A stretch of 64,000 bases of DNA from Felis catus (taxonomy: Eukaryota): NCBI RefSeq assembly GCF_018350175.1, contig NC_058368.1, forward strand, positions 124,250,001-124,314,000, written 5' to 3'. The notes under the pieces are model-generated. The model did no database searches. It was not told the DNA's origin and saw only the letters and a list, made by a program, of their open reading frames with translations. The position numbers and the translations under genes are program-made. Positions 14,521 through 26,607 of this stretch are shown here, in pieces; the first letter of the stretch is position 1; each line of letters starts with the position of its first letter.

Positions 14521-15210
14521 CAGAAGCAGATTCTATGCTGCAGCACAGGGCCCGACTCAAGGCTCTAAGTCACGAACTGTGAGATCATAGCCTGAGCATA
14601 AATCAAGAGTCAGATGCTTAACCGACTGAGCCACCCAGGCACCCCATGGTGGTTCTTCTAAAAATTAAAAATATAGTTACCACATGATCCAACAATTGCA
14701 CTTTGATATCCAAAAGAATGGGAAACAAGGACTTGAACATATATTAGCACACTTAGTATCATAGCAGTTTTATTCACAATAGCCAAGACAACTAAAAGTC
14801 CATCAGTGGATGAAAAGATAAACAAAATGTGGTATATACATATAATGGAACATTATTCAGCTTTAAAAAGGAGTGAAATTCTGATATATGTTAGAACACG
14901 GATAAACCTAAAAAAAACATTTCATTTAAATAAATCAGACACAAAAGGACACAAATTGCATGACTCCACTTATTCTAGGATATTTAGAATAGTGAAATTG
15001 ATAAGGTCTAAAAAGGAGCTGCAGGAAGGGAGGAATGAAGAATTTTTTTAAGTGGATATAGTTTCATTTTGGAACGATGAAGTTTTGGAGATGGATAGTG
15101 GTGATAATTGTACAACATTGTGACATACTAAATGTCATTCAATTATAAACCTAAAAATGGTGAAAATGATACATTTTATGTTATGTGTATTTTATCAAGA
15201 TAAAAAAAAA
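13960..15210 (+). mobile_element. L1M 3' fragment (ORF2 end, 3'UTR, A-tail), with a SINE inside
   Basis: [20 protein letters not shown]...[42 protein letters not shown]-tail near 15201. Confidence 0.9.
14416..14645 (-). mobile_element. Can-SINE within L1
   Basis: (GA)n plus antisense SINE; ATGGTGG(C/T)T duplication. Confidence 0.9.
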
Positions 15211-16469
15211 GGAATTCAAAGAGATCCCATGTATACTCCAGTTTCCCCCAGTGGTAACATCTTACTAAACTACATTATAAAACCAGGAAGTTGACATTGA
15301 TATAATCCACTGATTGTGTTCAGATTTCCCCAGTTTTACATGCACTCATTTGTGTGTTTTTTATATTTTTTAATGTTCGAAAACAGTCAAAAGAATAATA
15401 TTGTGTGACAAGTGAAAATTATATGAAATTCAAATTTCAGCATTCATAAATAAAGTTTGATTGGAATATAGCCACACTCCTTAATTTGTGTCATGTCTAC
15501 TTTTGTAGCTCTGGTGGCAGTTAAGAAGTTGTGACAGAGACATATGGCCTAAAAGGCATAAAATGTTTACTATCTGGCCCTTCACAGAAAAAGTTTACTG
15601 ACCTCTGTTCTACAATATAATTAGATGCCCCTTAACCCTCCCTCCCCCCCCCCCAAAAGCAGTGATCATAAAATAACTTGGGGAAAACTACTGAAAAATA
15701 TGTATCACTTTAGACAAATGAAGCATAATGAAAATGGTAGACTGTCAAGGGTGGCATTTATAAAAAATAAATAGGTACTACTTGGCTTTGCTGGGAATCT
15801 TAATTGTTCCCAACAAGCATACTCTTATCTCTTCTCACCAAGGTGAGCACTGATTTTTTGGTTCTTATATTTTTGGTCATTATACCAATGAATATGCTTT
15901 TGATTTAAGAAACAGAAAATAGAACTGAATGTCATCTACATAATAGGAAAATTGTATTGCCTTTCATTAAAATTTGAGAAGCAAGGGTACTCCAGAGTTG
16001 ACTAGTTCAGTCGCTCAAAGATGTAATCAAGAACCCAGGTTCTTTCCACTTTTCTGCTGGGCCATCCTCAATTTATTCTCAGGCACACCCCCTCATGTTC
16101 TCAAATGGCTTCCACAGCTCACTGTGTCCTAAGGTTGGAAGAGGGAAAGAGGCAGGTCCCTTCCTCATGTGTCATGGTGAAAATGATCAAAACTCTTCCA
16201 GAAGCCCCATGAAAGACTCTCTTCCTGAATTGCTTCCAAATCCTATACTAGCCTTGATAAGAGGAAAAGGATACCATGACCAGACTAATCTAATCAGGAT
16301 CTGTCCCTGGAATAGGGAAGAGCGCTATGTTCTGAAACACATGGTCATCTAACGTGAACAAAAGTGGGACTTTGTTAGCAAAGAAAAATGTGGGGGAATA
16401 AATACTGGAAGGTAAAAAATAAGTGTGTCATAGACACAGTTTGGATGGCTGCAACCTTAATTGTGGAGT

Positions 16470-16627
16470 GGATGAACCAGAAAGTGGGCTTTCACCAGAC
16501 ATCAAATCTGCCAACACCTTGATCTTGGACTTCCCAGCCTTCAGAACTGTGAGAAATGAATTTCCATTGTTTATAAGCCACTGTGTCTATGAAACTTTGT
16601 TATAGTAGCCCAAACTGACTAAGACAC
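16470..16627 (+). mobile_element. MaLR (MLT1A/MST-like) LTR 3' portion
   Basis: CACCTTGATCTTGGACTTCCCAGCCTTCAGAACTGTGAGAAAT...GACTAAGACA. Confidence 0.8.
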
Positions 16628-17810
16628 CATTCACTGTTGCTCTTCATCTGAGTCTTAGAGTATTTCTGAATGCTGACTTTCCTTTCTTAGATGACAAAAC
16701 TCAATAGTAGTCCTCTCAATTTGTGGGTGAAAATAAAACACTCACATCATCCTGATTCATGTAGGATTTCAATTTTACCCACAGTCAACCCACACCCTCT
16801 TTTTACAAATAGGAGGAAAAGTATGAGAAAGGTATCTCTGATTGAAATTGAGTACAGAGGTCAGCAGTATCAATGAGAGGGCTTCTAGGAAAGGGAAGTA
16901 TGAAGGGTGGGGAATGCTACAGGAGGGCAATCTGGGAGCCACACACCTAATGGTAGGGACATCGGGGGGAAAAAGGACATTAGAACTAGAAATTTGGAGT
17001 AATGGTAAGTGTTTCTCCTTTAGAATCAGTTGTCATTCTGACCTGAATCTGAAATCCTGAGTGATTAGAAACTTAAAATGGGGGTTATTAAATTCAGACA
17101 AGTCCAGAGGAAGACTTTCCCGGCTAGGGTTCATCCTAGCCAAGCTGACCCTTGTTCCTGGTAAGCAGGGTAAGGTTGTCCCCATCTTCAGGCCATGTGG
17201 GCCTATCAGCCCTTGCCTGCTTCTTCTAGGAGGCCCAGTGTCGCTGAGATGATAGCTCAAGTCTTGCCAAGGGTTCTGGGAGGTTGGGCCTACTGCTCCC
17301 ACAGATTTCTTTTCTGTCTAAATTTACTTGTGATGGCATTCGTAGGGCCAGAATGCCCTCATCCTCTTTTGCAGACTTCTGAGACCCTTCCCTGAAACTT
17401 CTTTTGTATCCATCTGTCCTGAGTGCATTTGATTGAAATCCTGAGTACAATTTCAATCTTGGTAACTACTCTCAGAGCATCAGGGACTTTTCAGAAATGA
17501 GGGTGCAGAGAGATGGGGGAAGGACAAATTTGGAGTGTGGCTATGAGGAGTCAGAAGGAAAGGCCACCATTAGTGCCCCTTGACATTAAGGAGCAGAACA
17601 CTGGGATGATGCAAAAGGCACACCTAACACTCTTGGTGAGAAAGCACAAGTATGAGCGTGAAGACAGGAAAGTGGGAACAAACAAGAAGGATGCTTCGAA
17701 ACTCAATTACTTTCCCTTCAAAATCTTTTGTTTGGTGTGGTAAGTAGAGAATTTTTGCTTCTAATTCATATACCTAAGATAAAACTCTAACCAGAATGCT
17801 CTGGAAAGAA

Positions 17811-18393
17811 TGTTTTATGAATTCATATGCCTATTCTCTCAAGAAAGGAGACATAAAATCCAATAGTATAGCATGAATAATTACTACAAATAAAGGGGAA
17901 AAAAGACAATCTAAAATGGAGCCAGGAACGTAACTATAAGAGCACGCCCTGAGCACTAGGCATGACTCAGCTGCACGCTGAATCCCAGGCTTACCAGCAG
18001 CCAGCTCAAAGTGGAGAGTACCACTCACAGGTGTTCACATAGCTGTTAAGATAAAAAGGCCAGCGGCCAAAAATAAGTCAATCATTCTTGGTACTGTTGG
18101 AGAAATGGATAAAGTACACCAAAGATGGCTGATTGGACTAAAACAAACTCTAGCTTAGAGACCCCCTCCTCCAGGTTCTTCTTCCTTTGTTTGCTGCGCG
18201 CAAGAAAACCACCTTCCCTCCCACAAATTTGGAGGCTGATAACTATAAATTACCCTTTCCGCTCACATTCGGGGCTCACATCTTTGGAGAAACGGTCTCC
18301 TCTGAGCCCGCCGGTGTTAAATAAATCTCCAATCCACCAAGGTCTCCGAGTGCTGCTTGGTTTTTCTGCCAGTGTTCCAGCCTGATTCTGTAA
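17811..18393 (+). mobile_element. Probable ERV solo LTR
   Basis: GATTGG, TATAAA near 18245, AATAAA near 18320, ends ...TGTAACA; retains CpGs; 5' boundary and TSD not established. Confidence 0.55.
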
Positions 18394-18728
18394 CAGTACT
18401 AAGACCAGACAAATGCTTTGGAGAGTCCCTTGGAATAGGACAAGGTGAAATGCTGAACAATGTGGTCAACCACATCTATAGGAGATCCAATGATAAGCTC
18501 TTTCTAATAGCATCCTTCATTACAGCAAATTCTGCTGAGGGGAAGGGTGGGTGGTGGTGGCAGTTACTTTGAAATAACATGTGTTCTTAACATTGGAAAG
18601 TCAGAAACGTATTGCCAGTTTAGGACACTTCAATGTTTCAGTGAGAAAAAACACTAATAAGAATTCATCTTCAAGAAAAACAAAGTCCTATCTTTGGAAG
18701 CCCTCCTATCACCGTTCCCTTTCTCCAC

Positions 18729-18729
18729 C

Positions 18730-18802
<73 letters not shown>
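18729..18802. repeat. (GACA)n(CA)n compound microsatellite
   Basis: Direct reading. Confidence 0.95.
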
Positions 18803-18804
<2 letters not shown>

Positions 18805-18944
18805 CTCTTAATTCTTATTCCATGGCTTCGCTCAATAAAGGAAAGATTATACTATAATAACTGTTTTAAAATTAGGAAGCCACCAATTTAAGAAACCAGG
18901 CAATAAATTAGAGTGAAAAATTATTGATTCTTATATAATAGTAG

Positions 18945-19255
18945 TAGAACCAGATTTTGTGGGCCCTGAAGCTTATACAATTTGAGGCCCTCTCTTTAAG
19001 GACAATAATAGAAAATTATGAATATAAAAATTGTATGAACATAAAGACAAAATAAATCACAACAAATTACTGGCGCCATGCAGATTTGAGTCCTTTTCTT
19101 CTGAGATTAGGCAATTTACCAGAAATGCTTACAAAGAAAAGCTTCCTGATTGCAACCTGCCCTCTCCTTCCCACCAGCAATGAACTCCCAGATCTCACAG
19201 GGGCCTGGGCAAGTGAGGGGCCCTGCAGCTTAACCTTCATTAATTCATGGCTTTA
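18945..19255. mobile_element. hAT-Tip100-like (Zaphod/MER115-like) DNA transposon relic
   Basis: TTTTGTGGGCCCTGAAGCTTATACAATTTG... and GGGGCCCTGCAGCTTAACCTTCATTA ends; family from memory. Confidence 0.45.
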
Positions 19256-20974
19256 TAGAAAATCATCTGAGTTCCCGTCACTAAGTCTACCAGCTTTTCC
19301 TAGAAGAGGAAGCTTCTCTCTTCCTTTGATAATGCAAAATTTGAACTGTTATTGACAAGACCCCAAAGAAATCAATGTCTTTATTTCTTTGAAAATGACT
19401 CCCTACCCATCTGGAAGAAATAATAGCTTCTAGTCTTGTTCTTTTTAAAATGATCGTTTGCCCTCACTCATATGTCAGGCTCTAAATAAGGGGTATCCTT
19501 GGCCGTCATGCAAGAGAATTTCCAGAGAAGTGTTTGGGGCCAAAGAGAAGGAATGTGAGATCTGTTCTCTGAGAGGCAAACAGCAGGAAGTTGGGAAAGT
19601 CTGATATTTCTGAATGTATTTTCTGTACATCTTGTCCTTTACTCAAATTAATTTTACTTTGCTTGCTTGGATGAAGATCTGGGACAATTTTGACTTCAGC
19701 TTTATAACTAATGAATTTGAAAGTAGAAAAGCCAGATGGAAAAACCATCTCCAATCTAAAAAGAAAAATTTACTTCTAGAAAAATATTGCATGTGACTCA
19801 GAAAAATTAGTATTATTTAAAAATGAAAGCTCAAGGACACAGGTTTTGCTGAGAGTGTTTCCTCTTTGCTTATTGTAATTTTACTCTGGAATTTGAGCAG
19901 TGTTAGCATTTTTGGTACACAATGGATTTCCTGTAGTGAGAGGAAAGAGTCATAGGTTGAGTTTAACTGAAGGAAGGCAAGGCCCTTTGATGATTAACAC
20001 AAGATGTAAAGTGGTCAAATTTTTAAAAAGTCAACAAATGGTTTAACACAGCAAGATTCCCTTACATGCATGCTAAGGTGCTTTTGACTAACTGAGCTCC
20101 AGGCAGTTGCTTAATGGCAGTGATTTCCTCCAGGTCCCTGGAAGGTGGTGTGTGATGGGAAACTGGGTGAGTGGGAGTGCCCAGGGGGAGGCCGGGCTCT
20201 GAGCCAGGCCTGGAAAGCAAAGCCTGGGGTTCTCAGAGCAATTATTCAACCTCCTGGCCAGGGGGCTCTGGAGAAATTAGGGAAGCCTTTTAGAATTGAT
20301 GTCTTTGCGTAGGAGGCTGTAGAGCCAGTGAGAACCTATCAAGTTGACCCACAGGATCCCTGTGCACAGGAAAGGAATGGGGAATGATGCATAAGAAGAA
20401 ACAAAGGCAAGAAAAGAAAGCAAATATAAGTTCAAGCCTCCTGTATGGAGAACACTGACAGACTGTTCTGAGGCATATGACTACAACGAACTCTCAGTGA
20501 CAAGAATAGTGTCAAAGGGGTCTGATGTGGATGAAAAGAAACTATAAGTTAATTTTTAAAGGAAACAGAAATTTATTATTTTAAGGCATATTGTTTCATA
20601 GTTAAATAGCTGAGGAGGCAGGCAGAAATCCTCCTGGGAGTGTTTACATGGTTAAAGGGGGGGAAAAGAGTAACTGGGTCAATTAATTGTTATTAAACAG
20701 ATGTTGCTAAGATTACTTAAAGTACTTGAACACGGTTTGTTTCCTTCAGAAGACTAAACATGATTTCAGTGTTTCACAAATCCTGTTTTTCAAAATATTG
20801 CTTTGATGGAGTCTATCTCTTGAACTTATTCTATACTCTTCAGCAGGTGAGAAAGAATGTGGTCTTATTCTGGGTGGAATACATTAGTGTATTGCAGCAA
20901 TAATAATATAACAATTTATTTTGTATATACTATATACCATGCTCTCTACAGATCTCTTTCTGCATGTGCTTTTT

Positions 20975-21040
20975 GAAATTTTATTTTAAAATTCTTTTAA
21001 ATTTCTTTGTTTTGAGAGCAAGAGAGCGAAAGAGTGAGAG

Positions 21041-21078
<38 letters not shown>

Positions 21079-21236
21079 TGCATGAGCAGGGGAGGGGCAG
21101 AGAGAAAGGAAGAAAGAGAGAATCCCAAGCAGGCTCTGAGTGGGGAGCCTGATGTGGGCCTCAAACTCAAGAACCACAAGATTATGACTTGAGTCAAAGT
21201 CAGACACTTAACCGACTGAGCCACACAGGTGTCCCT
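20975..21236 (-). mobile_element. Can-SINE
   Basis: (GA)n plus antisense SINE body. Confidence 0.9.
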
Positions 21237-21431
21237 GAGAATTTTTTAAATTGATAACCTCCACCCACTAAAAATTTTTAAAGAAATTTAAGGGCACAGA
21301 GTGAGATGTACATAAGGTTAAGTCTTCAATTCTGGTTCCCTAAACATTCAGGCCAGAGTCACCACAGTTCACTAGTTTCATATGCTTGCCTTCCAAGACA
21401 GTGTGCTGAGCATTAAAAAATGCTCACCTCA

Positions 21432-21686
21432 TGGGATGGCTGGGTGGCTCAGTCAGTCAAGCATCTGACTTCAGCTCAGGTTATGATCTAGTAGTTCATG
21501 AGTTTGAGCCCCGCATCGGGCTCTGTGCTGACAGCTCAGACCTAGAGCCTGCTTCATTCAGATTCTGTGTCTTCCCTCTCTAGCTGCCCCTCCCCTCCCC
21601 CCCTCTTTCAGATTCTGTGTCTACCTCTCTAGCTGTCCCTCCCCCGCTCTCTCTCAAAAGTAAACATTAAGAAAATTTTTAAAAAA
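21432..21686 (+). mobile_element. Can-SINE with internal ~45-bp duplication
   Basis: TTCAGATTCTGTGTCT.CC..TCTCTAGCTG.CCCTCCCC occurs twice (~21557 and ~21607). Confidence 0.88.
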
Positions 21687-21699
21687 CACACACATCACC

Positions 21700-22140
21700 T
21701 CATTTACTCCTCACTACAACCCTACATGGTGACTACTATTATTATTTTTGTTAACAGCTGAGGAAACTGCAGCACAGAGTGTCCTTGCCCTAAATCACAA
21801 GATAATAAGAGAACCGGGATCAGAACTCACATCCGTTTTATCACTGCTGTACTTCCTTCCCATTATCCCCACTCCAGATGTCCTCCATGCCTGGACTCTA
21901 TTCTCTCCCCCATTTGTTTGTCTAAACCCTACCCATTCTCCAGGGCCTTGCTCAGGATACTACTATTAGCATTCATTGAGTGCTTGCTGTGTGCCAGGCA
22001 CTTGCACACGTGGTCTTACTTAATCCTGACAGAAGTTCTACAAGGTATGTTGCTATTATTATCCTCATTAACAGAAGTGAAACCGAGACTTCAAAAGTCA
22101 CACAACAGAGGCAACACTCAGCCAGGACAGTCTCATCTGA
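21700..22140 (+). mobile_element. MIR fragments
   Basis: TACTATTATTATTTTT...GAGGAAACTG; TTCATTGAGTGCTTGCTGTGTGCCAGGCACT...GAAACCGAGACT. Confidence 0.65.
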
Positions 22141-22782
22141 GGCCCCTGCCTCCCAGCTGGGACACACCCACTCTGCAAAGCCCTCCCAGACCCCCCAGCT
22201 TGCAGGGATTTCACTCCTCTGGGGACAGCCTTCACACTTCTCACCAACCAAGGTGGCATCTATCTGCTTGCAATTCATCCTGGCAATTCAGCATTCTAGA
22301 TTCTTCCAACTTTGCTGTCACTCTCAGAAAGCAAAGACTCTATTTTTAATGCTTGGTCCTAATGCTTTGTAACTGCTTGGCAAACATGAAGTGTGCAATA
22401 AACAATTGGCTTACTGTAAAAAAATTTTTTTAGCTCCATGTGAGCATTTGCAGAAATCCTAGTGAGACTTTACAAAGTGGAACAAGAAACTGGACTAATG
22501 AAAATCGAACTCTTTAAACTTCTGTCTGGAATTATGTCATCAGCATATTTAACTTCTGAAAAATCAAATATATGTGCACTAGGAAAAATGAAAGAGGAAA
22601 AGGACAATTGAATGGTGTGGTGATATTGCCTTCCACTGCTCTCCCGGCACCCTGGCCTCCATGTGGGCATGCCGCTGGGTGCTGTGAATCTTCCAGTAAA
22701 GCAGGGAACCTGCATGGTTCCCCCTATAGCTGCCAGCACAGCCACATGAAGCCTGGAGCCCATAAAACATACTGAGGGAACA

Positions 22783-22853
22783 TAGTGATGAAAGCAGGGG
22801 GTGTGAGCTAGAAATCCTGAGGTATAGTTTCCTCTAGTCCAATATGAATGTTG
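22783..22853 (+). repeat. 71-bp dispersed direct repeat, copy 1
   Basis: TAGTGATGAAAGCAGGGGGTGTGAGCTAGAAATCCTGAGG...TATGAATGTTG; 4 mismatches to copy 2. Confidence 0.9.
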
Positions 22854-23436
22854 GAGTTCTGACTCTTCATTATGGGTAGTAAGCAACCAGAAGCCACCGT
22901 TTTTAATGCAATTAAAACACTCTCCTAACTTCCATGAACTCAACAGCCTGTCAGATTTATCCCAGAAAAACAACCTGTGTTCCAAGTGATGGAAGGTCCA
23001 GCAGCACCAGCCCCCAACCCTCTTGCCCCAGACAGACAGTCTGTCTCCAGGCAGTAAATCGTTCACCCCGGCTGCTCCTGCCAGCAAACAAACAAAGTAG
23101 AAGAAAAGAAAGAAGTCATTTCCATTGATTCAACTGAGAAATAGGTGGGATTTTGGCCACAGTCTCTGCCATAATGTCTATAGGGAATTGTCTTGGCTGA
23201 GACACTCCAGCCAATCAGTGAGGAAGAGCGGGAGCTACTTCTCATTTCAGAGGGAGGGGAAGAGGTGGGCAGCCTGGGGCAGGGAGAGAATGGAGTTGGT
23301 GGCACATTGTGGAACAGCTGTGTGTTTAAATCAGAGGCCCTGGGCCAAGGGCAGTCAGAGAACATGAAAATTCCAGGCACAGAGAGGATTCCTAAAAGGG
23401 TCAACCCCTCTTTAGGCAAAGAGAGAACTGGAGGAG

Positions 23437-23507
23437 TAGTGATGAAAGCAGGGGGTGTGAGCTAGAAATCCTGAGGGATAGTTTCCTCCATTCCGATATG
23501 AATGTTG
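23437..23507 (+). repeat. 71-bp dispersed direct repeat, copy 2
   Basis: Same sequence 654 bp downstream of copy 1. Confidence 0.9.
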
Positions 23508-23524
23508 ACTTTGGTACAATGGAT

Positions 23525-23559
<35 letters not shown>

Positions 23560-24924
23560 AAACAAGGAAAAATCCAATACCTACATTTCTAGTGCTGCAG
23601 TTGGTCCCATTTCATTCTTCCCAAACATGGTAAAATGTCTGATAGGTAATAAAGGGGAGAAAAGAGAGGACTTAATACTTTCATACAAAATTCTGAAATT
23701 AGGGGTCAGTTAAATGTTTTTTATTTTTTGTTTCTTCCTCTAAATAATTGTTTCCTGTTTTCCCTTTTGTCCTTGGGGCTCTCCTCTTTGCATCTCCCCT
23801 GCCCCCATTTCCCACCCACTTCCACTCTCTTTCTCTACTTTCACTTCAGTGGCTGACAAAACCAGAACGTTATTTGGCTTTGAAATAGTCACTGTGGAAG
23901 TTTATGAAATCTTTTTATCCAGAGGTTTTACTAAGACAGGCATTAGCTTCTCTTTTTTGAAATAGCTCAGGGAGAGTATGCATGCTCGCGTGTGTGTATG
24001 CACGTGCATGCTGGGAGAGGGGCTGGTGCTGGTGTACCTCCTTGTGGTAGGGAAAAGTCTGATCCCTAGAGTAGGGGCAGAGCACAGGAGTAGGAAAAGC
24101 TTCTCTGTTTCCTCCTCAGGATCCAGTGGGAAGTCTGGCCATTTGGCACATAACTTGGCCACCACTTTATTATGCGGTTGATTTGGAAAGCAGATTGCTC
24201 AGAACTGCAAGGAAAGGCAGAACCTTGAAAACTGCTTTTAAGCAAGGGCCCTCCTGATGCACACTCTGGGATGGTCTATGTCACCTGTGAATGGAGGGGT
24301 ACTTGCAGCCTTTTGGCGTCCGCTATGTGGGGTGGACAGTCCCCTTCCTGTGCAAAGCCACACTGGTTCTGAGGCAGTTTTGGCTTTCTGAGAACATGTC
24401 ATGAAAGCAACTAAGAAACAGGAAACCATCGCTTGGGCTGTAGAGCAGATTGGTGCTTTATTGAAGCCAGTGAATACAGAAAATGGTCTTAAGAATCACG
24501 AAACTAACATCAACCTGAGAGAGGAGGGAGAGAGAAAAGACAAGTGTGCATCTTCAAGTCTGGATACAGTACACTGTTTGACTGTGGTAGTCTACGAGTG
24601 GACTGCACATGCCCCTTCCGGACTTCTACCTCTACTCAATTTTCCTTTTCCTTGCCCTCTGCTTTTCTGAGGTCAGCCCCACTTCTTCAGTAATCCTTTC
24701 CTTGGGCCACCAGATCCTCTTGGGCTTCACAAAACCCTCCCTTCTCTGCCCTTCTCCAACGTTCCAGTGATTGGAGGCTCCCTAGGTACACAGCAATCAC
24801 ACTGATGATCCGAGGAGGTGCCCAGGATTTGTTGATAGCTGTGATGGTCCCCACAATGCTCAGTGAACTTGGCTGAGGTCTGCCCTGACCCTACATTTAG
24901 TGCCTGAGAGTAAGACCTACGTTC

Positions 24925-25218
24925 TATTTGATTTGATTCGATTCAGTTCTGAGAGAGAGGGCACAAATGAGCAAGGGGCAGAGAGAGAGGGAGAGAGAAT
25001 ACAAGAATCTCACAAGGGGCAGAGAAACAAAGAGGGGGGGGGGAGGGAGGGAGAGAGAGAGAGCAAGAGAGAGAGAAGTGGGATTCACTCCAAGTGGGGC
25101 TCAAGCTCACCCGGTGCAGGGCTTGTGTGCACCAGAAGCAGGGCTCGGATTCATGAGCCATGACATCATGACCTGTACTGAAATCAGATGCTTAACCAAC
25201 TGAGCCATCCAGGTGCTT
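24925..25218 (-). mobile_element. Can-SINE variant with reiterated B-box module
   Basis: Antisense SINE; AAGACCTAC flanks; ~22-bp module repeated about 3.5 times. Confidence 0.8.
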
Positions 25219-25337
25219 CAAGACCTACTTTTTAAAGGAAAGAAAGAGAATGACTGAATGACAAGGTTTGTTTTGTCATGTTTTCTATTTATAAGTGAAA
25301 CCACATTCAGAGAAAATTTGTGACCATAAAGTTGGCA

Positions 25338-25375
25338 TCTATCTATCTATCTATCTATCTACCTATCTATCTATC
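25338..25375. repeat. (ATCT)n microsatellite
   Basis: Direct reading. Confidence 0.9.
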
Positions 25376-25599
25376 TTTTTAGTCAGTCTTCTGTTGGGGA
25401 ATTTTTCTTCTATTTTTTAAGAGAAAATAAAAGCCAGTGGAGAGAAACTCTCTCAAATTCTTGCCACATACCTTTCTTCCGCTCCCTCCACCATAGTTGA
25501 AGAGATTGCTCACTGCCACAGTCAATTCTAAGGCTTTCCCTTGCAGTCTGATAGACTTAGCTCCATTCTACATTCCTTCTCCTTCCTGTTGCCTCTCTC

Positions 25600-26070
25600 C
25601 AGGTTAGCTAATTCCTAGAAACATGAAACAATTCACCCGGCAGTGAATCTGTCCCATGCAAACTAACACATTCGGAATCTGTACCCTAACCATCTCTTTT
25701 CTGTGGTTCTCACAGGGCTGTTACACTTGGCCCACTATCCTCCTACTCTAACTACCACAGGATTGGGTAGCAGACAGCTAGAGACAGGCCCACTGCTTCC
25801 AGAGCCTGCTGGTTATTCCTGCTGGCCGGTCCTAAACCTGTCCACGCTGCCCTGCCTTCCTATAAAAACCAAAATAAAGCCTTCTGCCCATGTTTCTCCC
25901 CATCTCCCTCTGTTTCCTGACTGACCCTGGTACTTCCCCCATGTGGCCCTGTGTGGCCTGGTGTACCCCTCTTCTATTGAATTGTAATAAACTATGTTTT
26001 CAGTGGCAGGGGTCTCCTGATCTGTGAGCTTCCTATTATTGGAATAATAATGAAACCTAATTTTAGACCA
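25600..26070 (+). mobile_element. MER74-like ERVL LTR
   Basis: CCTGACTGACCCTGGTACTTCCCCCATGTGGCCCTG...AATAAAC...GTCTCCTGATCTG...AATAATAATGAAACCTA; 5' boundary uncertain. Confidence 0.65.
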
Positions 26071-26139
26071 TCTGCTCACGTCCTTATCTGGTTCCTTTGG
26101 TTTCAGTCAAGCATATTGAAATAGGTATCTACACTCTCC

Positions 26140-26560
26140 ATCACCACTTCCCTACCACCCTCCACTCTGAAATTCTCCTAAAATTTGACTTCTCTCCCAA
26201 TATTCCCCTAACACTGCTTCTGTCAAGATCACAAATGATCTTGTTGCTGAAATTTAAGGTGGCTTTTCCGGCATTACTTGATTTAAGCTCTAAGCAGCAT
26301 CTCATACTTGGTAACCCCTGTGCTCGTGAAAATGACTTCCTTGGGCTTTAATGATATCTATCTTTTTCACCACAATGTCTGATAATCTTTTGTGGGTTCC
26401 ATTTTGGTTTATTTGTTCACTGCAGAATCCATAGAAAACTCAACAGTATACTTGTCATTTCCACATGGACATCCACTAGCATTTTAGAATGGGGACATCC
26501 TAAAATTTTTTTAAATATTTATTTTTGAGAGAGACAGACAGAATGTGAGTGGGGGAGGGG

Positions 26561-26607
<47 letters not shown>

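Larger units (their letters stand above)
13495..15607 (+). mobile_element. MER58B-like hAT element split by nested L1 and SINE insertions
   Basis: 5' part ~13495-13570; 3' part ~15360-15607 ending TTTACTATCTGGCCCTTCACAGAAAAAGTTTACTGACCTCTG. Confidence 0.7.

Noticed and set aside
22470..23087. 205-aa minus-strand ORF
   Set aside because: No recognisable domain or splice context; consistent with a chance ORF.
22783..23507. CRISPR-like or LTR-retrotransposon reading of the 71-bp repeat
   Set aside because: Only two copies, no TG...CA ends, primer-binding site or flanking TSD; mammalian context.
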